A stretch of DNA of 64,000 nucleotides from Stegostoma tigrinum (GCF_030684315.1 NC_081378.1:16856575-16920574); one strand, 5' to 3'. Positions 1 through 12,588 are shown, counted from the stretch's first letter. Notes: generated by a model from the letters alone, not told the origin. Numbers and translations are program-made.

Positions 1-761
1 TGTTTCCCTTTTATTTTTTAAAGTATCATCTCTGCAATGTGATTGATATCCTGTACATGAGGGTTTTTTTTGATTGACAGGGGACATAATTCTAACGCTG
101 GATTATGTCTTACACATTAACCTATCCTGCCACTTATTTTGAGTAAAGGTTTTGTGCTAAAATAAACGGAATATTTTCATTTTATTGAAGAAGCATAGTG
201 CAAAATCGCTTTAATTCTGAATAATGTGCAAAGGGAAATATTTTGCCATTTTGTTGATTGAATTTAAACATTTATATGTTTAACGTATGTTCATGTGTGA
301 CTCATGACCTGGGGCTTCATTATTAGTACATTTGTCCTGTGATGTTTATAGCAAATCCATCATTAAGTGTGGGTGAGACTTACAGCAGACTGTGCCATCA
401 AACTATGTATTTTACAGCAATCTAACCAAACAGTAAGGCAAACAAAGTGAATTCAGAAATACTTTTCAAAAAAAAAAAATCGCCATGAGCTATATCAACA
501 AGACCGATAGCAAAGAAATGCAGTCACACATATCAGTAATTTCCAGGCATAAATGATAGGAGAATGTATAAATTATCTCCGCGACTGGAATGTTAAATAG
601 TGCAGACATATAAATTCATCAGGACAGAACTGTGGCAGAAAATGTATGAAAGAAGCAAGCGCAGCAAAAGACAGTACAGGACAAAGCACCCAAATGCAAG
701 ATTTTATTCCTTGCAGATTATAAACCCGTTACTTTAAATTCTTATGAATAATATTACTCAC

Positions 762-2499
762 AAAACAGTTTTGCACTTGAGTAGCACGTCCTTGAGCTGT
801 TTTATTCCATCATCCCCTATGGTACAGAGTCTTAAATCCAATTCTACCATAGCAGAATGACAGAGACAGTAACATAATGCAGCGAGGTCTAATGGGCCCA
901 GAGAAATGTTGAAAAAATCTATATGCTTGAAATGAGGAGATACCTCTGTTGTTACAGTTGAATCATGCAGTTCAAAAAGACAATGCATTAAATTCAGCAG
1001 CTTGGACTTCTTGCAACCTTGTTCAAGACAGTTTTTGAACCAAGTCACTAGGGCTCTGGCTGTAGGCTGAGTGAGAGAAGCACTACAGTTCCATAATTTA
1101 GTATCTCTTCTTGCTTTTAAGGAGCCCATGAAAAGCCTTGTAAAATTGTATAGTGCCTCTGTACGTTCAGGCTTAAATGATCTCAAATAGTATTGACTCT
1201 TTTGATTTTGTGGCATTCTCCCAAAACACCAAAGATTCAGACTTTTGACCAATTCTTCAGCATCATTTTTCAGTGATGTTGCACAATACAAAGCTGCAAA
1301 ATATTCCTTTAGGACAACATGGCAGAACTCAAATATATTTTGATCTTTATACTTCTTTTCCAGGATTACATTTGAAAAATACTTCGAAAGAACATCTGGA
1401 TCTATCCCATAATTATGCAGATCATCTATTTTCATTTCAAGTTTCCCTGACAGCAAATTATTGAAGGAGAGTTCCCCCAATTTCAGGATAGTGTCTTGAA
1501 GCAATGTGCCTTCCAGTTTAGTCTCAGAGTTATCAATAGTGACCAATGACTGCTTGTCTGTCTTGCAGTGAACTAGGCTGTAAAGGAACTGCAGCAGTAC
1601 TTCACTGTGTGTCACTGGCACATCTGCCATCAAAGTCTGACTGCAGTTACATCTGTCCAAAATACTGCACAGGATATAGCTGTTGAGGGGATTTGACACC
1701 AGGCAGTTGATGGTCTCATGTTTGGTCATGTATTCATACATTCCTACTGCTTTTTGATTTTTCTGACAGAACACTTCACAATATCTTCTCAACTGATCAC
1801 TGGTAAACCCATGGATAACAAGGATGCAATCAAAATACTTCTTGTGAAATTCAAGTTGCTCAGTATTCCAACGGGAGGTAACCAATACCTGTGCTGTTGA
1901 AAGGAGATCCCCTGCAATGAGACTGTGAACAAGAACATTTACTTCAGCCTCAGTGTCTAGGTTAAAACAACCATCTGGTGGATTATTTTGCAACCGATGG
2001 TTGAATTCATCCAGTCCATCCAAAATGATCAACACATCTTGAGGGTTACAGAGAAGTTCCGTTAGAACTGATGACAATGACTCACACTGCTTCTTAAGCA
2101 GTTTCTGTAGAGTGGTCTTTCCTTCAACTTCATTTAAGTCACAGAATCTGAAAACAATGATGCACCTTGGATGACATAGTTGAGATTCTGCCCATGCTTG
2201 CTGGATGCTGGCTACAGTCCAGCTTTTCCCCACTCCTTCGTCACCTATTAGCAGGACTCGCTTTGAAGGGTAGTCTACTTTCTGTGGCAATGACAGCAGT
2301 TGTACAGCTTTCACTTCTGACACAAAATCCGAAGCAACTGTCCCCATAATGTCATCCAGAGCTGTGATTTGTTTCTTTGGAACAATAATACTGATAGTTC
2401 TGTCAAGTAAGCTATAGGCTTTGGACTTCCCATGTGACACCTTGTCAAGAAACTCTGTTTGATTCTGCAATATGTACTTTTGGTAAACTTGAACGGCAT
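762..2499 (-). CDS. Gene A: large NLR exon (NACHT, HD1, WHD, HD2, first LRR), NLRC3/NLRP-like
   Basis: Open frame with Walker A GDEGVGKS, Walker B LIILDGLDEF, sensor-1 LVTSR, the GF motif, SNPL, FEFCHVVLKEYFAALY, LLNLMHCLFEL and an RI-type LRR start (LDLRLCTIGDDGIKQL). Acceptor ttccttctag|AT at 2499 (phase 1, extending the ORF by DAVQVYQKYI). Donor TT|gtgagt at 762/761 (phase 2). Remaining LRR exons probably lie outside the window. Confidence 0.93.
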
Positions 2500-4334
2500 C
2501 TAGAAGGAAGCGGATGAAGTTTTAGTATACAACAGGAAAGTGTTTCATTCAGAAACAGGAACTGGGCATTCAACCAATTACAAAACCAGCTTTTATAAAT
2601 GTCCACCTCCCTTTCCTTTAAATTTTAAACATTTACAGCATTTATATGCTCCTTTTCAGTATTTAATACTTGGGGCAGGATTTTAACGGTCAAGTGGGAG
2701 CAGGAACTCAGATATATGGACCCATCATTTCCTTACACTGTACTATCTATTTAGAATTTGGATTCTCATTTAATGTAGAGCTAATCATTTTACTAGTGCA
2801 TCCACGGGACAATTTCTTGAAGGATAAAAATGTTTCCGGGTGCTATCCTTGTCTTGATGTGGTTCCTCATCATCTGTCAGTAACACTGGAAGCAGGAAAT
2901 TTCAACACAGGGATTCACTAGCTCTTCTCGCAGAAAATAAGATCCTTGTGGGCAACAGAAACTATTTGTTGGAATTATGTGCCAAGGTTCCCATCACAAA
3001 ATGACAGTTGATCTGTAGTGAAGCTGCTGTGCAAACAGGTGGAAAACTGGTTTTCAACAGTCAATTTTGGTGACCTTGCTATATGGCCATGTTTGTGGCC
3101 AACACCACCAATAGAAGAAGCAGCGCTTATGCACAATCACAGAATTATTTTTAAATTTCTACATGCGGCAAACTATAAACAAACATAAAAGAGGTCATCA
3201 AGGCCAGATGAATACATCTGCATTTGAGTAGAATTGTTCCAGAACACTTGTGTAAGCTTAACCTTTCTTTCCTGTTACCAAAGATCTGCAATGTTTCACA
3301 CAGGCAGTAACAAACTCCTATCTACCACCATTTTAAGAGTAGTTTTGGTCGGTGATTTCTTTAGCCACTTTTTTTTTCCCTCGTCACTTGATGTTAGACA
3401 AACACTGCATTGAAGTACATACTCTGCTTGTCTAACGTAAAGTGACAATTGAGAGAGTATTAGTCACTGGAAAAGTCACTTCCTAATGGTAGGATATCAT
3501 GGATGCCATTACGAACAAACAGGTTGATCATTAATTAATGGCCGTGCCCTATCTCTTGTGTTGGGAACACACTCCAGTTCCTATATTGAGGCAATTTTCC
3601 ATGACCTCTAATAGATGATTTACTCCAACACCAAAAGATCAACACTGTCCCCTTTGCACAACATGGACAATTTGGGCACTCAGCACTTAATGTCATTAAT
3701 AACTTGTTATTCATCATGGAAAAGATCATCATGGTTTCAAAGCCTCAAAGTTCAGTCCTAATTTATGTCTGCTGGCAGTGATGGAAGATGCCGGAAGCAC
3801 AAGGATCTAATGTTAAAATGGTGCAATGTTTAAGCTTCACACTGGTACTCCTTAATAAGTAGTTCTGGAATTATTTTTGAAAGGGAGCATGTAAACTAAG
3901 TCAGACTTCTCAGAGTAGTGTGGGAAGAGGCATCCACGTAATATTATCACAGTTTTAAAGTACCACCTCCTTCCCTATTCACCCATTAACAGGACTCATT
4001 CTGGACGAATTATAGAAATGGTTTATATAAAACCATTTTATAGGTTACTGGTCTTTCACTGTTTCCAATGCACTTACATGTTTTATCTATCTTGTCTATC
4101 GTCTTTAATGTATGGAGATAGTGGAATCCATGTTCCAAATTTACTAAATGATTAAAATTCTATTCTTTCCTGGCTAAATTACAAAAACAAACGTTATCAC
4201 AATCCTCGGAAGATTAGGTTGGCTTTTTGGTAGAAATGGATCAAATAGTTAACAAGAATACCAGACCTGTTTTGTAATTAGCTGCAGTGACATGATATAT
4301 TTTAGAACTTAATAAGAACACAAAAGTTCATTAC

Positions 4335-4364
4335 CTTCTACAGTGTTTCTCAGCAAAGCCATTG
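4335..4364 (-). CDS. Gene A: 30-nt micro-exon (T)MALLRNTVE(D)
   Basis: Strong acceptor (T-run, ccag|) with a ctaac branch point upstream, and donor GAAG|gtaatg. Phase 1-1 and stop-free; its terminal G joins the NACHT exon AT to form GAT. Confidence 0.72.
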
Positions 4365-4404
4365 CTGGAAAAAAAAGATAAGCTTCAGTTAGTTTCAGTT
4401 CAGT

Positions 4405-4532
4405 TTCAAGCCCACCGACTCCCACAGCTACCTAGATTCAAGCCCACCGACTCCCACAGCTACCTAGATTCAAGCCCACCGACTCCCACAGCTACCTAGA
4501 TTCAAGCCCACTGACTCCCACAGCTACCTAGA
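4405..4532 (+). repeat. 4 x 32-bp tandem repeat at the 5' junction of the Penelope copy
   Basis: Unit TTCAAGCCCACCGACTCCCACAGCTACCTAGA starting at 4405, 4437, 4469 and 4501, with one substitution in the last copy. Confidence 0.95.
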
Positions 4533-5664
4533 ATACACATCCTCCCACCCTGCCCCCTGCAAAAATTCCATCCCCTATTCCCAATTCCTTCGCCGCCGCC
4601 ATATCTGCTCCCAGGATGAGGCATTCCACTCCCGCACATCCCAGATGTCCGCGTTCTTCAAGGACCACAACTTCCCTCCCGCAGTGATCCAGAACACCTT
4701 TGCCCGTGTCTGCCGCATTTCCCGCAACACATCCCTCAAACCCCACCCCCACAACCACCGCCCTAAAAGAATCCCCCTCGTCCTCACATAAAACCCCACC
4801 AACCTCTGGATACAACGCATCATCCTCCGACACTTCCGCCATCTACAATCCGACCCCACCACCCAAGACATTTTTCCATCCCCACCCTTGTCTGCCTTCA
4901 GGAGAGACCATTCTCTCCGAGACTCCCTTGTCAGCTCCACACTCCCCTCCAACCCCACCACACCCAGCACCTTCCCCTGCAACCACAGGAAGTGCTACAC
5001 TTGCCCCCACACCTCCTCCCTCACCCCCATCCCGGACCCCAAGATGACTTTCCATATTAAGCAGATGTTCACCTGCACATCTGCCAATGTAGTATACTGT
5101 ATCCACTGTACCCGGTGTGGCTTCCTCTACATTGGGGAAACCAAGTGGAGGCTTGGGGACCGCTTTGCAGAACACCTCCACTCGGTTCGCAATAAACAAC
5201 TGCACCTCCCAGTCGCGAACCATTTTAACTCCCCCTCCCATTCCTCAGATGACATGTCCATCATGGGCCTCCTGCAGTGCCACAATGATGCCACCCAAAA
5301 GTTTCAGGAACAGCAGCTCATATTCCTTTTGGGAACCCTGCAGCCCAATGGTATCAATGTGGACTTCACAAGCTTCAAACCCCCCCTCCCACCACTGCAT
5401 CCCAAAACCAGCCCAGCTCATCCCCGCCACCCTAACCTGTTCTTCCTCTCACCTATCCCCCTCCTCCCACCTCAAGTCGCTCCTCCATTTCCCACCTACC
5501 AACCTCATCCCGCCTCCTTGACCTGTCCGTCCTCCCTGGACTGACCTATCCCCTCCCTACCTGCCCACCTATACTCTCCTCTCCACCAATCTTCTCCTCT
5601 ATCCATCTTTGGTCCGCCTCCCCCTCCCTCCCTGTTTATTTCAGAACCCTCTCCCCATCCCCCT

Positions 5665-5696
5665 CTCTGATGAAGGGTCTAGGCCCGAAACATCAG
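5665..5696 (+). ncRNA. Minimal type I hammerhead ribozyme motif (Penelope family 1)
   Basis: CTGATGA-A-GGGTC-TA-GGCCC-GAAAC-ATC (GAAACGTC in other copies). A further copy is at 10971-10998; degenerate copies at ~28609 (+) and ~22490 and ~24525 (-). Confidence 0.65.
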
Positions 5697-6884
5697 CTTT
5701 GTGCTCCTGAGATGCTGTTTGGCCTGCTGTGTTCATCCAGCCTCACGCTGTTATCTAAGCTTCAGTTAGTTCTGCTTCTCAAGGGTGCACTGTTTACTGT
5801 TGGTAGGTGTAGGAGTCACAAACTTACTGAGCATGTTTTTCTATAAGGGCTTTGGGACTCCACAGTTGAAGTCAAAAGGGTCTGATAAGACTGCACTCTT
5901 AGGGGCCATTCACCCAGCTTTGATTTTCCCAGAGTTGTCCAATTGATAACTACAGGATTGATTTGCTATCCAATTGGAAACAACAGGTCAGTTGTCACAA
6001 CTGGAGGCCTATAAGAGGCCTCTGCCATGGAAAAAGCAGCACGATACCTTTACTAATAAGTGAGCGAGGGCGTGCCCCAAGGTATTCATCTCCTCACCCA
6101 ACCCACCAGTTGCTCAGGGCCTTTCATAATACAATTTGTTTAAGTTGTAGAGAGGGGACATCCATCTTGGGGATGCCCTCACTCTCCAAATCCTTAAAGT
6201 TTTATGAAAAGCCCTTTGTAACTAAACTCCCAATGTGGGCAGTGTAGCCTGTGTCTCTAGGTGAAGTCAGGCAGGCTGGAAAAAGCCTCCGGCTGGTGCA
6301 GAATGCTGGGCTGGCCTGTAGGAATGTCAATGGGAGGTGGGTTGGTGATGGGAGAACATCATGTTGGCCAGCAGTGACATTTGCCTGCCTCTGCACGCTC
6401 AATCACTGGGGGAGGGCTAAACCTTCAGGCTACTACTGTATATTTAAAATTAAATCCTGCACAGAATATTCAATTCAATGTAATGACAACAAATTTGACA
6501 ACACTGTCCATAAATTGCACTCAATCAAATTGGATCTCACCTTTCTTGGCTGATTGCGAGTTGTGTCAAGTTTTTTTAAGAGAGGGTTTTTCACCACAAG
6601 GTCAAGTGAGATTTCTTACCTTACCTTACCAAACTTGCCTTTTCAAATACCCAACCCATCCCAATGGCATCCCTGATTTTGATTCTAGCCCTATCTCACC
6701 ACACCGCCTTCCTGGAACAACTCACCATTCACCACATGTCTGCCAAAGAGCTAGCATCTCTGGTGACTGTGCCATGTTAGAAAGGCCACTGTGCACCTGG
6801 GCAAAGACTAGCGTTCTGAAGCTGCCCTGCTCAGTTATGGGTAGAATTTGAACATGTTGGAGAAGGGGCAGATGATGCTGTGAT

Positions 6885-7075
6885 TTGCTGATAAGGACCT
6901 GGAGGTTCTGTGGAAGAATGGTCCACAGGAGGAGCATCCTCTTCCTGAAGACCAGCACAGGGAGCCACAGTGCCAAACCTTGGCATCCTGGTCCGAGGTT
7001 GTCACCCGGGTCAGTTGGCGCAGTCTTGATAGTGAAGAGGGGCAACCAACAGTGACACAAAGTCAAATGACCCTC
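6885..7075 (+). mobile_element. Degenerate Myb/SANT-like coding remnant, probably PIF/Harbinger-derived
   Basis: Frameshifted translation DKDLEVL...RRSILFP...WSEVVTRVS resembles Harbinger-associated Myb/SANT proteins; highly decayed. Confidence 0.35.
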
Positions 7076-7482
7076 TCCACTCTGCTAAAGTGAATGTCAC
7101 ACTTTGTCTCTGCTATTGCACCCACTTTCCACCAAGGATCAAGCTCTAACACTCTAATTACTGCAAGCAACATTTTTCCTCACTTACTCTCATTTCCTGC
7201 CCAGCCTCCCATGCCGCTAATCCTGCACAATATCTAAACTGCCTAAGCATTCTCTTGAAAAACTTCACCAATTTCCCCCAATACCTGCACCAGCACCAAC
7301 AGCATTGCCACCCATTTTCAGCACACTCCATCCCTCCCTTTCTCTTGACACAGGCCTCCAGAAAGCTCGAATGAGTAGTGAGCTCCACAACATTAGATCC
7401 AAAGTCCTCATGAGAGTGAGATGTACCTTTTGCAGAAGACTCAGATCACTCATGCATTTTTACAACTAACGTATATTTTTGA

Positions 7483-8128
7483 CCACTCTCACCTACATCA
7501 AAGACATTTCCGAAATGACTGCCAGACTACCTGGACCTCTTGGCATCATGGTAGCCCACAAACCCACCAACACGCTAAAAGAGCAGCTAATGAACTTAAA
7601 AGACCCTATACAGACAACAAACAAAACGAACGTTATCTACAAAATACCTTGCAAGAACTGTGACAAACACTCCATTGGACAAACAGGCAGAAAGCTAACC
7701 ACCAGGATACATAAACATCAACTAGCCACAAAAAGACATGACCCACTATCACTAGTATCCTTACACACAGATGAGGAAGGACACCACTTTGATTGGGACA
7801 ACACATCCATCCTAGGACAAGCCAAACAGAGACACGCACGAGAATTCCTAGAAGCATGGCATTCCAACCGGAACTCCATCAACAAACACACTGGCTCCAA
7901 ATCAATCAACCACCCTCGGAGAAAAAGAACAGGAAATGACATCACCAACCCAAGGAAACCTAACCAGATAAATAGAAAGCGAGACATAACACCAGCGCTT
8001 TGTTGGAGGCTCACTGATGAGGTTACCTAGAATGGTGACGAAACGTCTGAAAACTAACCTTCCAGCTCAGCAAGCAAACTCACATCCAGAAACTCAACCT
8101 GAGCTACAAATCTTCTCAAAACTCACTA
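7483..8128 (+). mobile_element. Penelope-like element, family 2 (5'-truncated)
   Basis: GIY-YIG NVIYKIPCKNCDKHSIGQTGRKL.TRI.KH. 12-bp TSD GTATATTTTTGA at 7471-7482 and 8129-8140. Confidence 0.9.
8005..8063 (+). ncRNA. Intact minimal type I hammerhead ribozyme motif (Penelope family 2)
   Basis: TCA-CTGATGA-G-GTTACC-TAGAAT-GGTGAC-GAAAC-GTC-TGA: conserved core, 6-bp stem II, palindromic minimal stem III, and stem I TCA/TGA extended by GGAGG/CCTTCC. Confidence 0.75.
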
Positions 8129-10780
8129 GTATATTTTTGAATTTATAAAAAAGAAATCCATGTCCTGCCAACTCAGTACAAACACTCTTCATTCCACTGC
8201 ACTCTCAGAGTAACCTTGCAGTCAGTCTCATTCATTGTACATGACTTCTAACCAGTGGCAGCAACATGTTCTCTGTCTTTTGTCTTGCAGATACCAGCAC
8301 AAAGTTCACCATAGAACAATACAGCGCAGAACAGGCCCTTCGGCCATCTCCATAGAGAAATGGCTGGCTCGGCTGGAAGCCACTTTCCCAACTGAAGATA
8401 CTGACACCTCGTTGCAAATGTCGGCCTTAGAAAGTCTGGAACACCTGCTGGTGAGAACCTCAATGCAACAGCTGGCTGAAGCAGCCCAGACCCTTGGCAT
8501 TCAGAGGACTGTAGGAGACCAGGTACCTGCTCAGCCCCAGGTAGAAGGAGAACTTTTGATGTTGATTATCAGGAACATTATCTACATGTGCAAACAGTAT
8601 CAGGAACAGCAGCAAAGTATGTGGGTCACAATAGCCCTCAATGCCCAAAAACATCAGGAGTGCAGCTATGCAGGAGATTGTCTGGCTGCCTCTATGGACA
8701 GGTTAGCAGCTGAAATGCAAAGTCAGGTCCAGCACCCTCTGAGTGTGCTAGAGAGGTGTACTCACTTGCATTCCAGCCACTAGCCCTCAAAACTGAAGGC
8801 ATGGCAACAGGTGGATGGAAAACCTGCCAAACAATTCAGGTGTCCCATCCTTGAACGGGAACAGGGCAGTGCCAGGAGGCACTCAGCTGGAACAGGTACC
8901 ACACACACACAGGCACCTCAGAAATCTCCTCCCAAAGCACTCCAGAAGTAGACTCTCCACCTCCACCCAACCTGCACACCCTTTGACCCTTGGAAGTGGA
9001 AGTCAGGGAGGGTCAACTTGCCCCTCGCAAGTAAACTCTTAGCTTGTCTGGGCCATTCAGACATAAACTCACCCAGGTTCACCTGACCAAATCATCAGGA
9101 CCACTGAGCTCCACTGCTAAGCAGGATCCTTCCACTCCTCCTGCAGAGCCAAGGATTACACAGAGACATAGTGGCAGGTAAAGAAAGAAGAAACGTATTC
9201 AGGGCTCTTTGCTGGGGCAAGTGACATTGCAAGTGCGTGTAAAGTCTCACATTTGTATAATTTTCATTGTTCAGACACTACATCTTTCTTTGAATAGCTG
9301 TTTAGCCCTGAATACAACTATGCCAGCATAAGGACTAACTTCACATCTACATAGGATGTACAATGGAGGAATATGTGTATTGACAGCCTGCTGTGGTATT
9401 CAGAAGCAAGATGAACAGTGTGTGTAAAGGGTAATGGGTTTTGCTGAATGGCCCCTTGTCCTAAAACATCCCTATTCTTTCCCCAGCCTCTGTGTCCAAT
9501 AAATGTTTTTGTGAATGGTTGGTAGGTGACATCCAGGCAGGAAGGTGTGCAGCATATACAGGGAGCCAATGCATTAGGGTCCTCCATGACCCTACCCAGT
9601 CTCAATGCAGTTGCAGTCATTTTCTTTCCCATTGTGGACTTCCAATTTTCACCACAATGGAAAGAGGCAGCAGGGTTGATGGTGTTCAGGCTCCCAGCCT
9701 GTCTGTTCTCTCTTGCAAGACCAACTGCATTTTTTAAATTGTTTTTCTTCATTTAACTTTTGAATCAAATTCATCTTTTCTTCTTTCTCCAGCTGCAGTG
9801 ATGGAGAGAGAGGTTGTAGACAGCCGCTGAGTGGTAGTCATGTCCTTTTCTAATGGCTGTGGCAGTTGTGGCGTGAGCAGCTGTTCCAGCATGGATGAAT
9901 TGGGGTCTAATCTTCTGATGTTTTGGTGAGGTGTGCAGTGGCAGTGGCAGGAATGATCACCCAGTCCGTAAGGATTAATTTGGATGGTCAATCGCTTCTC
10001 GGAAGTTGAGACGGGCCCGGTCCTCAACAGTTGGGACAATGAGATTGTTGACTTGCTCTCGTTCAGACATTTCATCACCATGCTAGGTAACATCATCAGT
10101 GAGGCCTCTGATGAAGCTATGTTGTTCTACTCTGCTTGGAATTCATACTGTCCAATCAGTTATGGCAAGTTGTGTCATTTCTGGTTCGGTTCTGATTGGA
10201 TTTGTATATGGGGTCCAGTTCTATATGTTTGTTGATTGCATTATGGGTTGAGAACCATGTCTCTAGGAATTCTTGGGCAAGTCTATGTTTGGCTTGGTCC
10301 ACTATGGTTACGTTATCCCAGTTAAACTGAAGGCTGTCATTGTCCGAGTTACTGATATTAAGGAAAGTTCACAGAAAAGTACAGCACAGTACAGGCCCTT
10401 CAGCCCATGATATTGTGCTGTGGAATAATCCTAATCCAAAAATAAAATAACCTAACCTACATTCCCCTCATTCACTGCTGTCCATATGCACATCCAGCAG
10501 TCGCTTAAATGTCACGAATGACTCCGCTTCCACGACTACCACTGGCAAACTATTCCATGCGCTCACAACTCTCTGGTTCATTGTATCATTTTGCTGCTAG
10601 TTTATGTGTTTCCTTCCTGTCTGTCCAACATAATGTTTGCGGCAAATGTTGCGTGGTATTATGTAAACTACATTGGTTCTGCATGTTGTGGGTTAATGCA
10701 ATTTACAAAATACCATGTGACAACTGCCACAAACATTATGTCGGACAGACAGCAAGGAAACTAGCCATCAGAATACACAA

Positions 10781-11975
10781 ACAATTTGTCAGACATGACC
10801 TCCCTTTGCAGTTCCAAGTATTCAGAAACCTCATCCTTCACAATGGACTCCAAAATCTTACCCACAACTGAGGTTAGGCTAATAAAATGTGAGGCTGGAT
10901 GAACACAGCAGGCCAAGCAGCATCTCAGGAGCACAAAAGCTGACGTTTCGGGCCTAGACCCCCACCCTCTCTGATGAAGGGTCTAGGCCCGAAACATCAG
11001 CTTTTGTGCTCCTGAGATGCTGCTTGGCCTGCTGTGTTCATCCAGCCTCACATTTTATTATCTTGGAATCTCCAGCATCTGCAGTTCCCATTATCTCTGA
11101 GGTTAGGCTAACTGGCTTGTAATTTTCCATCTTTTGCCTTGCTCCCTCTTTAAACAGGGACATCATGTTAGCAATTTTCCAGTCCTCTGGGACCCTCCCT
11201 GACTCTAGTGATTCTTGAAAGATCACCACTAATGCCTCCACTATCCCTTCGGCTATCTCCTTAAGAACTCTGGGGTGTAGTCCAACTGATTCAAATGATT
11301 TATCCACCTTATCAGGCCATTCAGTTTTTCTAGCACCTGTTCTTTAATTTCATTCCGAGCTCCTGACAATCCCTGAACAGGTCCTCTTTCCTAATCTTCC
11401 TATGTTATTTGTTTTGGCGTGGGCCACAACAACTGGATCCTCCCCTTCCCTCTCCCTCTCCAATCTTCTTTCAAGCTGGTCTGAAATATCTCTTACCATG
11501 GCACTGGGCAGGCAACACACCATGCAGGACTCTCGATCCTGCTTACAAAGGATACTATCTATTCCCCAGATTATAGAATCCCATACAACTACCACTTGTC
11601 GTTTTGTTCCCTCCTCTTGAATGGCCTCCCATGCCATGGTGCAGTGGTCAGTTGGCTCATCCTCCCTACAGTCTTTTCCTCATCCACACGGGGAGCAAGT
11701 ACCTTGTACCTGTGGACAAAGTCAAGAGCTGAGGTTTCTCTGATCCTGACTGCAGGATCCCTCTACCTGCCTCACTTGCAGTCACCTTTACTGTCCCTGG
11801 CCACTAACCAAATTTGCATACTTAATCTATAAGGTGTGGCTGCCTCCTGAAACGCAGCATCCAGGTACTTCTTCAACCGCGCCACCCTCCCCAGGATGTG
11901 CCACAGTGTTTGAAACTCAGATTTCAGCTCGACAACTCTGAGCTAAAGTTCCTTGAGCAACCAACACTTGCTGCA
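10781..11975 (-). mobile_element. Decayed CR1 LINE fragments (ORF1 esterase and RT pieces)
   Basis: WDSIIWGID...VCCLPSA (SGNH-like ORF1) and LHPRVLKE...VPEDWKIAN...YKPVSLTS (RT N-terminus). Confidence 0.75.
10883..11097. mobile_element. Penelope family-1 mini insertion made of two inverted tail copies
   Basis: Arms ~10883-10961 and ~10979-11058 are near-perfect inverted repeats. Flanked by TSD CTGAGGTTAGGCTAA and nested in a CR1 fragment. Confidence 0.8.
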
Positions 11976-12176
11976 TAACAAAATGTGGAGATGGATGAAC
12001 ACAGCAGCCCAAGCAGCATCTTAGGAGCACAAAATCTCACGTTTCGGGCCTAGACCCTTCAGGCCCGAAACGCCAACTTTTGTGCTCCTAAGATGCTGCT
12101 TGGGCTGCTGTGTTCATCCAGCTCCACATTTTGTTATCTCGGATTCTCCAGCATCTGCAGTTCCCATTATCTCTGA
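11975..12176. mobile_element. Penelope family-1 inverted-tail mini insertion
   Basis: Two inverted copies of the same tail, flanked by the direct repeat ACTTGCTGC. Confidence 0.75.
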
Positions 12177-12588
12177 ATACTTGCTGCTGGTGTGGTCACC
12201 GTCATTCACAATGGGATCAGCCAGCTCCCACATCATACAGCTAAACACATCACCTGTCCAGCCATTTCTACTTAGTTAACTACTTTATTAAGTTAAATAA
12301 ATTTATTTATACTTCTTTGCCGTGTTCTTTCTCAAATCTAGATCAAATTTCCTATCAGCCACAGGTCATGTCACTCAGGCCCCACCCAACTTTGAGATTA
12401 TTAAAAAAAATGTGGAGCAGCAATACTGTAAAATTTACTGGGTAACAGTTTACTGCTCAGTGAGTCTGAAGCAAAAGGTTCATTTTCATTTACGCTACAA
12501 ACTGAACAATACTATCGAGTAGTTGCACTTCTCATGGATACTAAGCCATAGTGCAATTCTGGAATTAGGAGCTGACTTAAATTCACAA

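Larger units (their letters stand above)
4395..5755 (+). mobile_element. Penelope-like element, family 1 (5'-truncated; RT C-terminus, GIY-YIG, 3' tail)
   Basis: GIY-YIG segment NVVYCIHCTRCGFLYIGET...RFAEH. 16-bp TSD TAAGCTTCAGTTAGTT at 4379-4394 and 5756-5771. Hammerhead motif in the tail. Confidence 0.88.

Noticed and set aside
384-421. Possible next LRR exon (CKIHSL, donor gtaagt)
   Set aside because: Joining it to the phase-2 NACHT donor gives an immediate stop, and the length does not fit an LRR exon.
4405-4532. 32-bp repeats resembling a CRISPR array
   Set aside because: No spacers, eukaryotic context, and the unit is Penelope coding sequence.
8235-8783. 182-aa plus-strand ORF
   Set aside because: No recognisable domain; probably decayed transposon-derived sequence following the Myb/SANT remnant.
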